In this document: positions 37,701 through 52,700 of the stretch, piece after piece
How positions within the stretch are numbered: the first letter of the stretch is position 1
How the letters are laid out: every line of letters starts with the position of its first letter
Program-made: the position numbers and the translations under genes
The notes under the pieces: generated by a model
The model's database searches: none
What the model was told of the DNA's origin: nothing
The model's input: only the letters and a program-made list of their open reading frames with translations
Assembly (NCBI GenBank): GCA_964016885.1
Contig: OZ024754.1
Span: forward strand, 24,490,001-24,554,000
Source: Eledone cirrhosa
Lineage: Eukaryota
Reading direction: 5' to 3'
DNA: 64,000 bases

Positions 37701-40700
37701 GATAAAGATTCAGATCTACAGATAAGGCTACAGATCTACAGATAAGGCTACAGATCTACAGATAGGGATACAGATCTACAGATAGGGCTACAGATTTACA
37801 AATAGGGCTACAGATCTACAGATAGGGCTACAAATCTACAGATAAGGCTACGAATCTTCAGATAGGGCTACAGATTAGGCTACAGATCTACAGAAAGGGC
37901 TACAGATAAGGCTACAGATCTACAGGAAAGGCTACAGATCTACAGATAGGTCTACAGATAGGGCTACAGATCTACAAATAGGTCTACCGATAGGGCTACA
38001 GATCTACAGATAAAGGTACAGATCTACAGATAAGGCTACAGATCTACTGATAAGGCTACAGATCTACAGATAGGGCTACAGATCTACAGATAAGGCTACA
38101 GATCTACAGATAGGGCTACAGATCTACAGATAAGGCTACAGATCTACATATCGTGTTACAGATCTACAGACAAGGCTACAGATCTACAGATAGGGCTACA
38201 GATCTACAGATAGGCCTACATATCTACAGATAGGGCTACGTATCTACCGATAAGGCTACAGATCTATAGATAAGGCTACAGATCTACAGATAAGGCTACA
38301 GATCTACAGTTGGGGCTATAGATCTACAGTTGGGGCTACATATTAGGCTACAGGGCTACAGATATACAGATAAACTACAGATCTACAGATAGGGCTACAT
38401 ATCTACAAATCTACAGATAAGGCTACAGATAGGGCTGCCGATCTACAGATAAGGCTACACATCTACAGATAAAGCTACAGATGGACAGATAAAGCTACAG
38501 ATCTACAGATAGGGCTACAGATCTACAGATAGGGCTACAGAACTACAGATAGGGCTGCAGATCTACAGATATGGCTACAGATCTACAGATAAGGCTGAAG
38601 AACTACAGATAAAGCTACAGATCTACATATATGGCTACAGATTACAGATAAGGCTACAGATCTACAGATAAGACTACAGATCTACAGATAGGGCTACAGC
38701 TCTACAGATAGGGCTATAGATCTACAGATGGGGCTACAGATCTACAGATAGGGCTACAGATCTACAGATAAGACTACAAATCTACAGATAAGGCTACAGA
38801 TCTACAGATAAGGCTACAGATAAGGCTACAGATAAGGCTACAGATCTACAGATTAGGCTACAGACCTACAGATAGGTCTACAGATCTACAGATAAGGCTA
38901 CTGATCTACAGATAGGTCTACAGATCTACAGATAGGGCTACAGATCTACAAATAGGTCTACAGATAGGGCTACAGATAGGGCTACAGATCTACAGATAAA
39001 GCTAAAGATCTACAGATAAGGCTACAAATCTACAGATAAGGCTACAGATAAGGCTACATATCTACAGATCATGCTACAGACCTATAGATAGGTCTACAGA
39101 TAAGGCTACAGATCTACAGATAAGGCTACAGATCTCAAGATAAGGCTACAGATCTACAGATAGGGATACATATGTACAGATAGGGCTACAGATTTACAGA
39201 TTGGGCTACAGATCTACAGATAAGACTACAAATCTACAGATAAAGCTACAAATCTACGGATAGGGCTACAGATAAGGCTACAGATTTACAGTTAAGGCTA
39301 CAGATCTACAGATAGGTCTACAGATAGGGCTACAAATCTACAAATAGGTCTACAAATAGGGCTACAGATCTACAGATAAAGCTACAGATCTACAGATAAG
39401 GCTACAGATCTTCAGATAAGGCTACAAATCTATAGATAGGGCTACAGATAAGGCTACAGATCTACAGATAAGGCTACAGATCTACAGATAAGGCTACAGA
39501 TCTACAGTTAGGGCTACATATATACAGATGGGTCTACATATCTACAGATAGGGCTACAGATCTACAGATAAGGCTACAGATGTACAGATAAGGCTACAGA
39601 TCTACAGATAAGGCTACAGATCTACAGGTAAGGCTACAGATCTACAGGTAAGGCTACAGATCTACAGATATGACTACAGATCTACAGATAGGGCTACAGA
39701 TCTACAGATAGGGCTACCGATCTACAGATAGGGCTACAGATCTACAGGTAGAGCTACAGATTTACAGATAGGGCTACAGAACTACAGATAGTGCTACAAA
39801 TCTACAGATAAGGCTACAAATCTACAGGTACGGCTACATATAAGGCTACAGATCTACAGATAGGGCTAGAGATAAGGCTACAGATCTACAGATAAGGCTA
39901 CAGATCTACAGATAGGGCTACATATCTACAAATAGGTCTACAGATAGAGCTACAGATCTACATATAGAGTTACAGATCTACAGATAAGGCTACAGATCTA
40001 CAGATAGGTCTACATATTTATAGATAGGGCTACAGATCTACAAATAGGCCTACAGATAGCGCTACAGATGGGGCTACAGATCTACAGATAAAGCCTCAGA
40101 TCTACACATAAAGATACAGATCTACAGATAAGGCTACATATCTACAGATAAGGCTACAGATCTACAGATAGGGATACACATCTACAGATAGGGCTACAGA
40201 TTTACAAATAGGGCTACAGATCTACAGATAGGGCTACAAATCTACAGATAAGGCTACGAATCTTCAGATAGGGCTACAGATAAGGCTACAGATCTACAGA
40301 TAGGGCTACATATCTACAAATCTACAGATAAGTCTACAGATTGGGCTGCCGATCTACAGATAAGGCTACACATCTACAGATAAATCTACAGATGGACAGA
40401 TAAAGCTACAGATCTACAGATAGGGCTACAGATCTACACATAGGGCTACAGAACTACAGATAGGGCTGCAGATCTACAGATATGGCTACAGATCTACAGA
40501 TAAATCTAAAGAACTACAGATAAAGCTACAGATCTACATATATGGCTACAGATTACAGATAAGGCTACAGATCTACAGATAAGACTACAGATCTACAGAT
40601 AGGGCTACAGAACTACAGATATGGCTATAGATCTACAGATAGGGCTACAGATCTACAGATAGGGCTACAGATCTACAGATAAGGCTACAAATCTACAGAT

Positions 40701-43700
40701 AAGGCTACAGAGAAGGCTACAGATCTACAGAATTGGCTACAGATCTACAGATAGGTCTACAGATCTACAGATAAGGCTAGAGATCTACAGATAGGTCTAC
40801 AGATCTACAGATAGGTCTACAGATCTACAAATAGGTCTACAGATAGGGCTACAGATAGGGCTACAGATCTACAGATAAAGCTAAAGATCTACAGATAAGG
40901 CTTCAAATCTACAGATAAGGCTACAGATCTACAGATAAGGCTACAGATAAGGCTACAGATCTACAGATCAGGCTACAGATCTACAGATAGGTGTACAGAT
41001 AAGGCTACAGATCTAAAGATAAGGCTACAGATCTACAGATAGGGATAAATATCTACAGATAGGGCTACAGATTTACAGATTGGGCTACAGATCTACAGAT
41101 AGGGCTACAGATAAGTCTACAGATCTACAGATAAGGCTACAGATCTACAGATAGGGCTACAGATAAGGCTACAGATCTACAGATAAGGCTACAGATCTAC
41201 AGATATGGCTACAAATCTACAAATAGGTCTACAAATAGGGCTACAGATCTACAGATAAAGCTACAGATCTACAGATAAGGCTACAGATCTACAGATAAGG
41301 CTACAAATCTATAGATAGGGCTACAGATAAGGCTACAGATCTACAGATAAGGCTACAGATCTACAGATAAGGCTACAGATCTACAGATAAGGCTACAGGT
41401 CTACAGTTAGGGCTACATATATACAAATAGGTCTACATATCTACAGATAGGGCTACAGACTACAGATAAGGCTACAGATGTACAGATAAGGCTACAGATC
41501 TACAGAAAAGGCTACAGATCTACAGGTAAGGCTACAGATCTACAGATAGGGCTACAGATCTACAGATAGGGCTACAGATCTACAGGTAGGGCTACAGATT
41601 TACAGATAGGGATACAGTACTACAGATAGGGCTACAAATCTACAGATAAGGTTACAAATCTACAGGTAGGGCTACAGATAAGGCTACAGATCTACAGATA
41701 AGACTACAGATCTACAGATAGGGCTACAGATAAGGCTACAGATCTACAGATAAGGCTACAGATCTACAGATAGGGCTACAGATATGGCTACAGATCTACA
41801 AATAGGTCTACAGATAGAGCTACAGATCTACATATAAAGTTACAGATCTACAGATAAGGCTACAGATCTACAGATAGGGCTACAGATCTACAAATAGGCC
41901 TACAGATAGGGCTACAGATAGGGCTACAGATCTACAGATAGGGATACAGATCTACAGATAGGGCTACAGATTTACAAATACGGCTACAGATCTACAGATA
42001 GGGCTACAAATCTACAGATAAGGCTACGAATCTTCAGATAGGGCTACAGATAAGGCAACAGATCTACAGATAAGGCTACAGATCTACAGATAAGTCAACA
42101 GATCTACAGATAGGTCTACAGACAGGGCTACAGATCTACAGATAAAGCTACAGATCTACAGATAAGGCTACATATCTACAGATAAGCCTACAAATCTACA
42201 GATAGGACTACAGATAAGGCTACAGATCTACAGATAAGGCTACAGACCTACAGATAACGCTACAAATCTACAGATATGGCTACAGATAAGGCTACAGATC
42301 TACAGATAAGGCTACAGATCTACATATAGGTCTACAGATTGGGCTTCAGATAGAGCTGTAGATCTACAGATATGGCTACAGATCTACAGGTAGGGCAACA
42401 GATATGGCTACAGATATACAGATAAGGCTACAGTTCTACAGATAGGTCTAGAGATAGGGCTACAGATCTACAAATAGGTCTACAGATAGGGCTACAGATC
42501 TACAGATAAGGCTACAGATATACAGATAAGGTTACAGATCTACAGATAGGGCTACAGATCTACAGATAAGGCTACAGATCTACAGATAGGGCTACAGATC
42601 TGCAGATCTACAGATAAGGCTACAGATCTACATATCGGCTTACAGATCTACAAACAAGGCTACAGATCTACAGATGGGGCTACAGATCTACAGAAAGATC
42701 TACAGATCTACAGACAAGGCTACAGAACCTCAGATAAGCCTACAGATCTACAGATAAGGCTACAGATCTACAGATAGGGCTACAGATCTACAGATAGGGC
42801 TACATATCTACAGATAGGGCTAAATATCTACAGATAAGGCTACAGATCTATAGATAAGGCTACAGATCTACAGATATGGCTACAGATCTACAGTTGGGGC
42901 TATAGATCTACAGTTAGGGCTACAGATCTACAGATAGGGCTACAGATCTACAAATAGGTCTACAGATAGGGCTACAGATAGGGCTACAGATCTACAGATA
43001 AAGCTAAAGATCTACAGATAAGGCTACAAATCTACAGATAAGGCTACAGATCTACAGATAAGGCTACAGATCTACAGATCAGGCTACAGATCTACAGATA
43101 GGTCTACAGATAAGGCTACAGATCTACAGATAAGGCTACAGATATAAAGATAAGGCTACAGATCTACAGATAGGGATACATATCTACAGATAGGGCTACA
43201 GATTTATAGATTGGGCTACAGATATACAGATAGAGCTACAAATCTACAGATAAAGCTACAAATCTACAGATAGGGCTACAGATAAGTCTACAGATCTACA
43301 GATAAGGATACAGATCTACAGATAGGGCTAGAGATAAGGCTACAGATCTACAGATAAGGCTACAGATCTACAGATAAGTCTACAGATAGGGCTACAAATC
43401 TACAAATAGGTCTACAAATAGGGCTACAGATCTACAGATAAAGCTACAGATCTACAGATAAGGCTACAAATCTATAGATAAGGCTACAGATGTACAGATA
43501 AATATACAGATAGGTCTACATATCTACAGATATGGCTACAGATCTACAGATAAGGCTACAGATGTACAGATAAGGCTACAGATCTACAGATAAGGCTACA
43601 GATCTACAGGTAAGGCTACAGATCTACAGGTAAGGCTACAGATCTACAGATATGTCTACAGATCTACAGATAGGGCTACAGATCTACAGATAGGGCTACA

Positions 43701-46700
43701 GATCTACAGATAGGGCTACAGATCTACAGATAAGACTACAGATCTACAGATAGGGCTACAGATAAGGCTACAGATCTACAGATAAAGCTACAGATCTACA
43801 GATAGGGCTACAGATCTACAAATAGGTCTACAGATAGAGCTACAGATCTACATATAAAGTTACAGATCTACAGATAAGGCTACAGATCTACAGATAGGTC
43901 TACAGATCTACAGATAGGGCTACAGATCTACAAATAGGCCTACAGATAGGGCTACAATAGGGCTACAGATCTACAGATAAAGCTACAGATCTACAGTTTA
44001 AGATACAGATCTACAGATAAGGCTACAGATCTACAGATAAGGCTACAGATCTACAGATAGGGATACAGATCTACAGATAGGGCTACAGATTTACAAATAG
44101 GGCTACAGATCTAAAGATAGGGCTACAAATCTACAGATAAGGCTACGAATCTTCAGATAGGGCTACAGATAAGGCTACAGATCTACAGATAAGGCTACAG
44201 ATATACAGATAAGTCAACAGATCTACAGATAGGTCTACAGATAGGGCTACAGATCTACATATAAAGCTACAGATCTATAGATAAGGCTACATATCTACAG
44301 ATAAGGCTACAGATCTACAGATAGGGCTACAGATAAGGCTACAGATCTACAGATAATGCTACAGATCTACATAGAGGTCTACAGATAGGGCTACAGATAG
44401 AGCTGTAGATCTACAGATATGGCTACAGATCTACAGATAGGGTAACAGATATGGCTACAGATCTACAGATAAGGCTACAGATCTACAGATAGGTCTAGAG
44501 ATAGGGCTACAGATCTTCAAATTGGTCTACAGATAGGGCTACAGATCTTCAGATAAGGCTACAGATATACAGATAAGACTACAGATCTACAGATAGGGCT
44601 ACAGATCTACAGATAGGTCTACAGATCTACAGATAAGGCTACAGATCTACAGAGAGGGCTACAGATCTACAGATCTACAGATAAGACTACAGATCTACAT
44701 ATCGGCTTACAGATCTACAGACAAGGCTACAGATCTACAGATGGGGCTACAGATCTACAGAAAGATCTACATATCTACAGACAAGGCTACAGAACCTCAG
44801 ATAAGCCTACAGATCTAAAGATAAGGCTACAGATCTACAGATAGGGCTACATATCTACAGATAGGGCTACATATCTACAGATAGGGCTACATATCTACAG
44901 ATAAGGCTACAGATCTATAGATAAGGCTACAGATCTACAGATATGGCTACAGATCTACAGTTGGGGCTATAGATCTACAGTTAGGTCTACAGATCTACAG
45001 ATAAGGCTACATATCTACAGATAAGGCTACAGGGCTACAGATATAAGGATAAAGCTACAGATCTACAGATAGGGCTGCCGATCTACAGATAAGGCTACAG
45101 ATCTACAGATAGGGCTGCCGATCTACAGATAAGGCTACACATCTACAGATAAAGCTACAAATGGACAGATAAAGCTACAGATCTACAGATAGGGCTACAG
45201 ATCTACAGATAGGGCTACAGAACTACAGATAGGGCTGCAGATCTACAGATATGGCTACAGATCTACAGATAAGGCTAAATAACTACAGATAAAGCTACAG
45301 ATCTACATATATGGCTACAGATCTACAGATAAGGCTACAGATCTACAGATAAGGACTACAGATCTACAGATAGGGCTACAGATCTACAGATAGGGCTATA
45401 GATCTACAGATAGGGCTACAGATCTACAGATAGGGCTACAGATAAGGCTACAAATCTACAGATAAGACTACAAATCTACAGATAAGGCTACAGATCTACA
45501 GATAAGCCTACAGATCTACAGATAGGTCTACAGATCTACAGATAAGGCTACATATCTACAGATAAGGCTACAGGCCTACAGATATACATATAAAGCTACA
45601 GATCTACAGATAGGGCTACATATCTACAAATCTACAGATAAGGCTACAGACCTACAGATAGGGCTGCCGATCTACAGATAAGGCTACAGATCTACAGATA
45701 GGGCTGCCGATCTACAGATAAGGCTACACATCTACGGATAAAGCTACAAATGGACAGATAAAGCTACAGATCTACAGAGAGGGCTACAGATCTACAGATA
45801 GGGCTACAGAACTACGGATAGGGCTGCAAATCTACAGATATGGCTACAGATCTATAGATAAGGCTAAATAACTACAGATAAAGCTACAGATCTACATATA
45901 TGGCTACAGATCTACAGATAAGGCTACAGATCTACAGATAAGACTACAGATCTACAGATAGGGCTACAGATCTGCAGATAGGGCTATAGATCTACAGATA
46001 GGGCTACAGATCTACAGATAGGGCTACAGATAAGGCTACAAATCTACAAATAAGGCTACAGATCTACAGATAAGGCTACAGATCTACAGATAGGTCTACA
46101 GATAAGGCTACAGATCTACAGATAAGGCTACAGATCTGCAGATAGGTCTACAGATCTACAGATAGGGCTACAGATCTACAAATAGGTCTACAGATAGGGC
46201 TACAGATAGGGCTACAGATCTACAGATAAGGCTACAGATCTACAGATAAGGCTACAGATAAGGCTACAGATCTACAGATTAGGCTACAGATCTACAGATA
46301 GGTCTACAGATAAGGCTACAGATCTACAGATAAGGCTACAGATCTACAGATAAGGCTACAGATCTACAGATAGGGATACATATCTACAGATAGGGCTACA
46401 GATTTACAGATTGGGCTACAGATCTACAGATAGGGCTACAAATCTACAGATCAACCTACAAATCTACAGATAGGGCTACAGATAAGTCTACAGATCTACA
46501 GATAAGGCTACAGATCTAGAGATAGGGCTACAGATAAGGCTACAGTTCTACAGATAGGTCTACAGATAGGGCTACAAATCTACAAATAGGTCTACAGATC
46601 TACAGATAAAGCTACAGATCTACAGATAAGGCTACAGATCTACAGATAAGGCTAAAAATTTACTGATAGGGCTACAGATAAGGCTACAGATCTACAGATA

Positions 46701-49700
46701 AGGCTACAGATCTGCAGATAAGGCTACAGATCTACAGTTAGGGCTACATATATACAGATAGGTCTACAGATCTACAGATAGGGCTAAAGATCTACAGATC
46801 TACAGATAAGGCTACAGATGTACAGATACGGCTACAGATCTACAGATAAGTCTACAGATCTACAGGTAAGGCTACAGATCTACAGGTAAGGCTACAGATC
46901 TACAGATATGTCTACAGATCTACAGATAGGGCTACAGATCTACAGATAGGGCTACAGATCTACAGGTAGGGCTACAGATTTACAAATAGGGCTACAGAAC
47001 TACAGATAGGGCTACAAATCTACAGATAAGGCTACAAATCTACAGATAAGGCTACAGATAAGGCTACAGATCTACAGATAAGACTACAGATCTACAGATA
47101 GGGCTACAGATAAGGCTACAGATCTACAGATAAGGCTACAGATCTACAGATAAGGCTACAGATCTACAGATAGGTCTACAGATAGGGCTACAGATATACA
47201 AATAGGTCTACAGATAGGGCTACAGATCTACATATAAAGCTACAGATCTACAGATAAGGCTACAGATCTACAGATAGGTCTACAGATCTACAGATAGGGC
47301 TACAGATCTACAAATAAGCCTACAGATAGGGCTACAGATAGGGCTACAGATTTACAGATAATGCTACTATCTACAGATAAAGATACAGATCTACAGATAA
47401 GGCTACAGATCTACAGATAAGGCTACAGATCTACAGATAGGGATACAGATCTACAGATAGGGCTAAAGATTTACAGTTAGGGCTACACATCTACAGATAG
47501 GGCTACAAATCTACAGATAAGGCTACAAATCTTCAGATAGGGCTACAGATAAGGCTACAGATCTACAGATAAGGCTACAGATCTACAGATAAGGCTACAG
47601 ATCTACAGATAGGGCTACAGATAAGGCTACAGATCTACAGATAAGGCTTCAAATCTACAGATAAGGCTACAGATCTACAGATAAGGCTACAGATAAGGCT
47701 ACAGTTCTACAGATCAGGCTACAGATCTACAGATAGGTTTACAGATAAGTCTACAGATCTAAAGATAAGGCTACAGATCTACAGATAGGGATACATATCT
47801 ACAGATAGGGCTACAGATTTACAGATTGGGCTACAGATCTACAGATAAGGCTACAAATCTACAGATAAAGCTACAAATCTACAGATAGGGCTACAGATAA
47901 GTCTACAGATCTACAGATAAGGCTAAAGATCTACAGGTAGGGCTACAGATAAGGCTACAGATCGACAGATAAGGCTACAGATCTACAGATAGGGCTACAA
48001 ATCTACAAATAGGTCTACAAATAGGGCTACAGATCTACAGATAAAGCTACAGATCTACAGATAAGGCTACAGATCTACAGATAAGGCTACAAATCTATAG
48101 ATAGGGCTACAGATAAGGCTACAGATCTACAGATAAGGCTACAGATCTACAGATAAGGCTACAGATCTACAGATAAGGCTACAGATCTACAGAAAAGGCT
48201 ACAGATCTACAGGTAAGGCTACAGATCTACAGATAGGGCTACAGATCTACAGATAGGGCGACAGATCTACAGGTAGGGCTACAGATTTACAGATAGGGAT
48301 ACAGAACTACAGATAGGGCTACAAATCTACAGATAAGGTTACAAATCTACAGGTAGGGCTACAGATAAGGCTACAGATCTACAGATAAGACTACAGATCT
48401 ACAGATAGGGCTACAGATAAGGCTACAGATCTACAGATAAGGCTACAGATCTACAGATAGGGCTATAGATAAGGCTACAGATCTACAAATAGGTCTACAG
48501 ATAGAGCTACAGATCTACATATAAAGTTACAGATCTACAGATAAGGCTACAGATCTACAGATAGGTCTACAGATCTACAGATAGGGCTACAAATCTACAA
48601 ATAGGCCTACAGATAGGGCTACAGATAGGGCTACAGATCTACAGATAAAGCAACAGATCTACAGATAAAGATACAGATCTACAGATAAGGCTACAGATCT
48701 ACAGATAGGGATACAGATCTACAGATAGGGCTACAGATTTACAAATATGGCTACAGATCTACAGATAGGGCTATAAATCTACAGATAAGGCTACGAATCT
48801 TCAGATAGGGCTACAGATAAGGCAACAGATCTACAGATAAGGCTACAGATCTACAGATAAGTCAACAGATCTACAGATAGGTCTACAGACAGGGCTACAG
48901 ATCTACAGATAAAGCTACAGATCTACAGATAAGGCTACATATCTACAGATAAGGCTACAAATCTACAGATAGGGCTACAGATAAGGCTACAGATCTACAG
49001 ATAAGGCTACAGATCTACAGATAAGGCTAAAAATCTACAGATAGGGCTACAGATAAGGCTACAGATCTACAGATAAGGCTACAGATCTACATATAGGTCT
49101 ACAGATTGGGCTTCAGATAGAGCTATAGATCTACAGATATGGCTACAGATCTACAGATAGGGCAACAGATATGGCTACAGATCTACAGATAAGGCTACAG
49201 ATCTACAGATAGGTCTAGAGATAGGGCTACAGATCTACAGATAAGGCTACAGATATACAGATAAGGTTACAGATCTACAGATAGGGCTACTGATCTACAG
49301 ATAGGGCTACAGATCTACAGATAAGGCTACAGATCTACAGATAGGGCTACAGATCTACAGATCTACAGATAAGGCTACAGATCTACCTATCGGCTTACAG
49401 ATCTACAGACAAGTCTACAGATCTACAGATGGGGCTACAGATCTACAGAAAGATCTACAGATCTACAGACAAGGCTACAGAACCTCAGATAAGCCTACAG
49501 ATCTACAGATAAGGCTACAGATCTACAGATAGGGCTACAGATCTACAGATAGGGCTACATATCTACAGATAGGGCTAAATATCTACAGATAAGGCTACAG
49601 ATCTATAGATAAGGCTACAGATCTACAGATATGGCTACAGATCTACAGTTGGGGCTATAGATCTACAGTTAGGGCTACAGATCTACAGATAGGGCTACAG

Positions 49701-52700
49701 ATCTACAAATAGGTCTACAGATAGGCCTACAGATAGGGCTACAGATCTACAGATAAAGCTAAAGATCTACAGATAAGGCTACAAATATACAGATAAGGCT
49801 ACAGATCTACAGATAAGGCTACAGATCTACAGATCAGGCTACAGATCTACAGATAGGTCTACAGATAAGGCTACAGATCTACAGATAAGGCTACAGATAT
49901 AAAGATAAGGCTACAGATCTACAGATAGGGATACATATCTACAGATAGGGCTACAGATTTATAGATTGGGCTACAGATCTACAGATAGGGCTACAAATCT
50001 ACAGATAAATCTACAAATCTACAGATAGTGTTACAGATAAGTCTACAGATCTACAGATAAGGATACAGATCTACAGATAGGGCTAGAGATAAGGCTACAG
50101 ATCTACAGATAAGGCTACAGATCTACAGATAAGTCTACAGATAGGGCTACAAATCTACAAATAGGTCTACAAATAGGGCTACAGATCTACAGATAAAGCT
50201 ACAGATCTACAGATAAGGCTACAGATCTACAAATAAGGCTACAAATCTATAGATAGTGCTACAGATAAGGCTACAGATCTACAGATAAGGCTACAGATCT
50301 ACAGATAAGGCTACAGATCTACAGATCTACAGTTAGGGCTACATATATACAGATAGGTCTACATATCTACAGATAGGGCTACAGATAAGGCTACAGATCT
50401 ACAGATAAGGCTACAGATCTACATATAGGTCTACAGATAGGGCTACAGATAGAGCTGTAGATCTACAGATATGGCTACAGATCTACAGATAGGGTAACAG
50501 ATATGGCTACAGATCTACAGATAAGGCTACAGATCTACAGATAGGTCTACAGATCTACAGATAGGGCTACAGATCTACAAATAGGCCTACAGATAGGGCT
50601 ACAGATAGGTCTACAGATCTACAGTTAATGCTACAGATCTACAGATAAAGATACAGATCTACAGATAAGGCTACAGTTCTACAGATAAGGCTACAGATCT
50701 ACAGATAAGTCAACAGATCTACAGATAGGTCTACAGATAGGGCTACAGATCTACAGATAAAGCTACAGATCTATAGATAAGGCTACATATCTACAGATAA
50801 GGCTACAGATCTACATATAGGTCTACAGATAGGGCTACAGATAGAGCTGTAGATCTACAGATATGGCTACAGATCTACAGATAGGGTAACAGATATGGCT
50901 ACAGATCTAGAGATAAGGCTACAGATCTACAGATAGGTCTACAGATAGGGCTACAGATCTTCAGATAAGGCTACAGATCTACAGATAAGACTACAGATCT
51001 ACAGATAGGGCTACAGATCTACAGATAGGGCTACAGATCTACAGATAAGGCTACAGATCTACAGATAGGGCTACAGATCTACAGATCTACAGATAAGGCT
51101 ACAGATCTACAGATAGGGCTACAGATCTACAGATAGGGCAACATATCTACAGATAGGGCTACATATCTACAGATAAGGCTACAGATCTATAGATAAGGCT
51201 ACAGATCTACAGATATGGCTACAGATCTACAGTTGGGGCTATAGATCTACAGTTAGGTCTACAGATCTACAGATAAGGCTACATATCTACAGATAAGGCT
51301 ACAGGGCTACAGATATACAGATAAAGCTACCGATCTACAGATAGGGCTACATATCTACAAATCTCCAGATAACGCTACAGATCTACAGATAGGGCTGCCG
51401 ATCTACAGATAAGGCTACAGATCTACAGATAGGGCTGCCGATCTGCAGATAAGGCTACACATCTACAGATAAAGCTACAAATGGACAGATAAAGCTACAG
51501 ATCTACAGATAGGGCTACAGATCTACAGATAGGGGTACAGAACTACAGATAGGGCTGCAGATCTACAGATATGGCTACAGATCTACAGATAAGGCTAAAT
51601 AACTACAGATAAAGCTACAGATCTACATATATGGCTACAGATCTACAGATAAGGCTACAGATCTACAGATAAGACTACAGATCTACAGATAGGGCTACAG
51701 ATCTACAGAGAGGGCTATAGATCTACATATAGGGCTACAGATCTACAGATAGGGCTACAGATAAGGCTAAAATCTACAGATAAGGCTACAAATCTACAGA
51801 TAAGGCTACAGATCTACAGATAAGGCTACAGAGCTACAGATAGGTCTACAGATAAGGCTACAGATCTACAGATAAGGCTACAGATCTACAGATAGGTCTA
51901 TAGATCTACAGATAGGGCTACAGCTCTACAAATAGGTCTACAGATAGGGCTACAGATAGGGCTACAGATCTACAGATAAGGCTACAGATCTACAGATAGG
52001 GCTACAAATCTACAGATCAAGCTACAAATCTACAGATAGGGCTACAGATAAGTCTACAGATCTACAGATAAGGCTACAGATCTAGAGATAGGGCTACAGA
52101 TAAGGCTACAGATCTACAGATAGGTCTACAGATAGGGCTACAAATCTACAAATAGGTCTACAAAGACGGCTACAGATCTACAGATAAAGCTACAGATCTA
52201 CAGATAAGGCTACAGATCTACAGATAAGGCTACAAATTTACAGATAAGGCTACAGATTAGGCTACAGATCTACAGATAAGGCTACAGATCTACAGATAAG
52301 GCTACAGATCTACAGTTAGGGCTACATATATACAGATAGGTCTACAGATCTACAGATAGGGCTAAAGATCTACAGATCTACAGATAAGGCTACAGATGTA
52401 CAGATACAGCTACAGATCTACAGATAAGGCTACAGATCTACAGGTAAGGCTACAGATCTACAGGTAAGGCTACAGATCTACAGATATGTCTACAGATCTA
52501 CAGATAGGGCTACAGATCTACAGATAGGGCTACAGATCTACAGGTAGGGCTACAGATTTACAGATAGGGCTACCGAACTACAGATAGGGCTACAAATCTA
52601 CAGATAAGGCTACAGATAAGGCTACAGATCTACAGATAAGGCTACAGATCTACAGATAGGGCTACAGATAGGGCTACAGATCTACAAATAGGTCTACAGA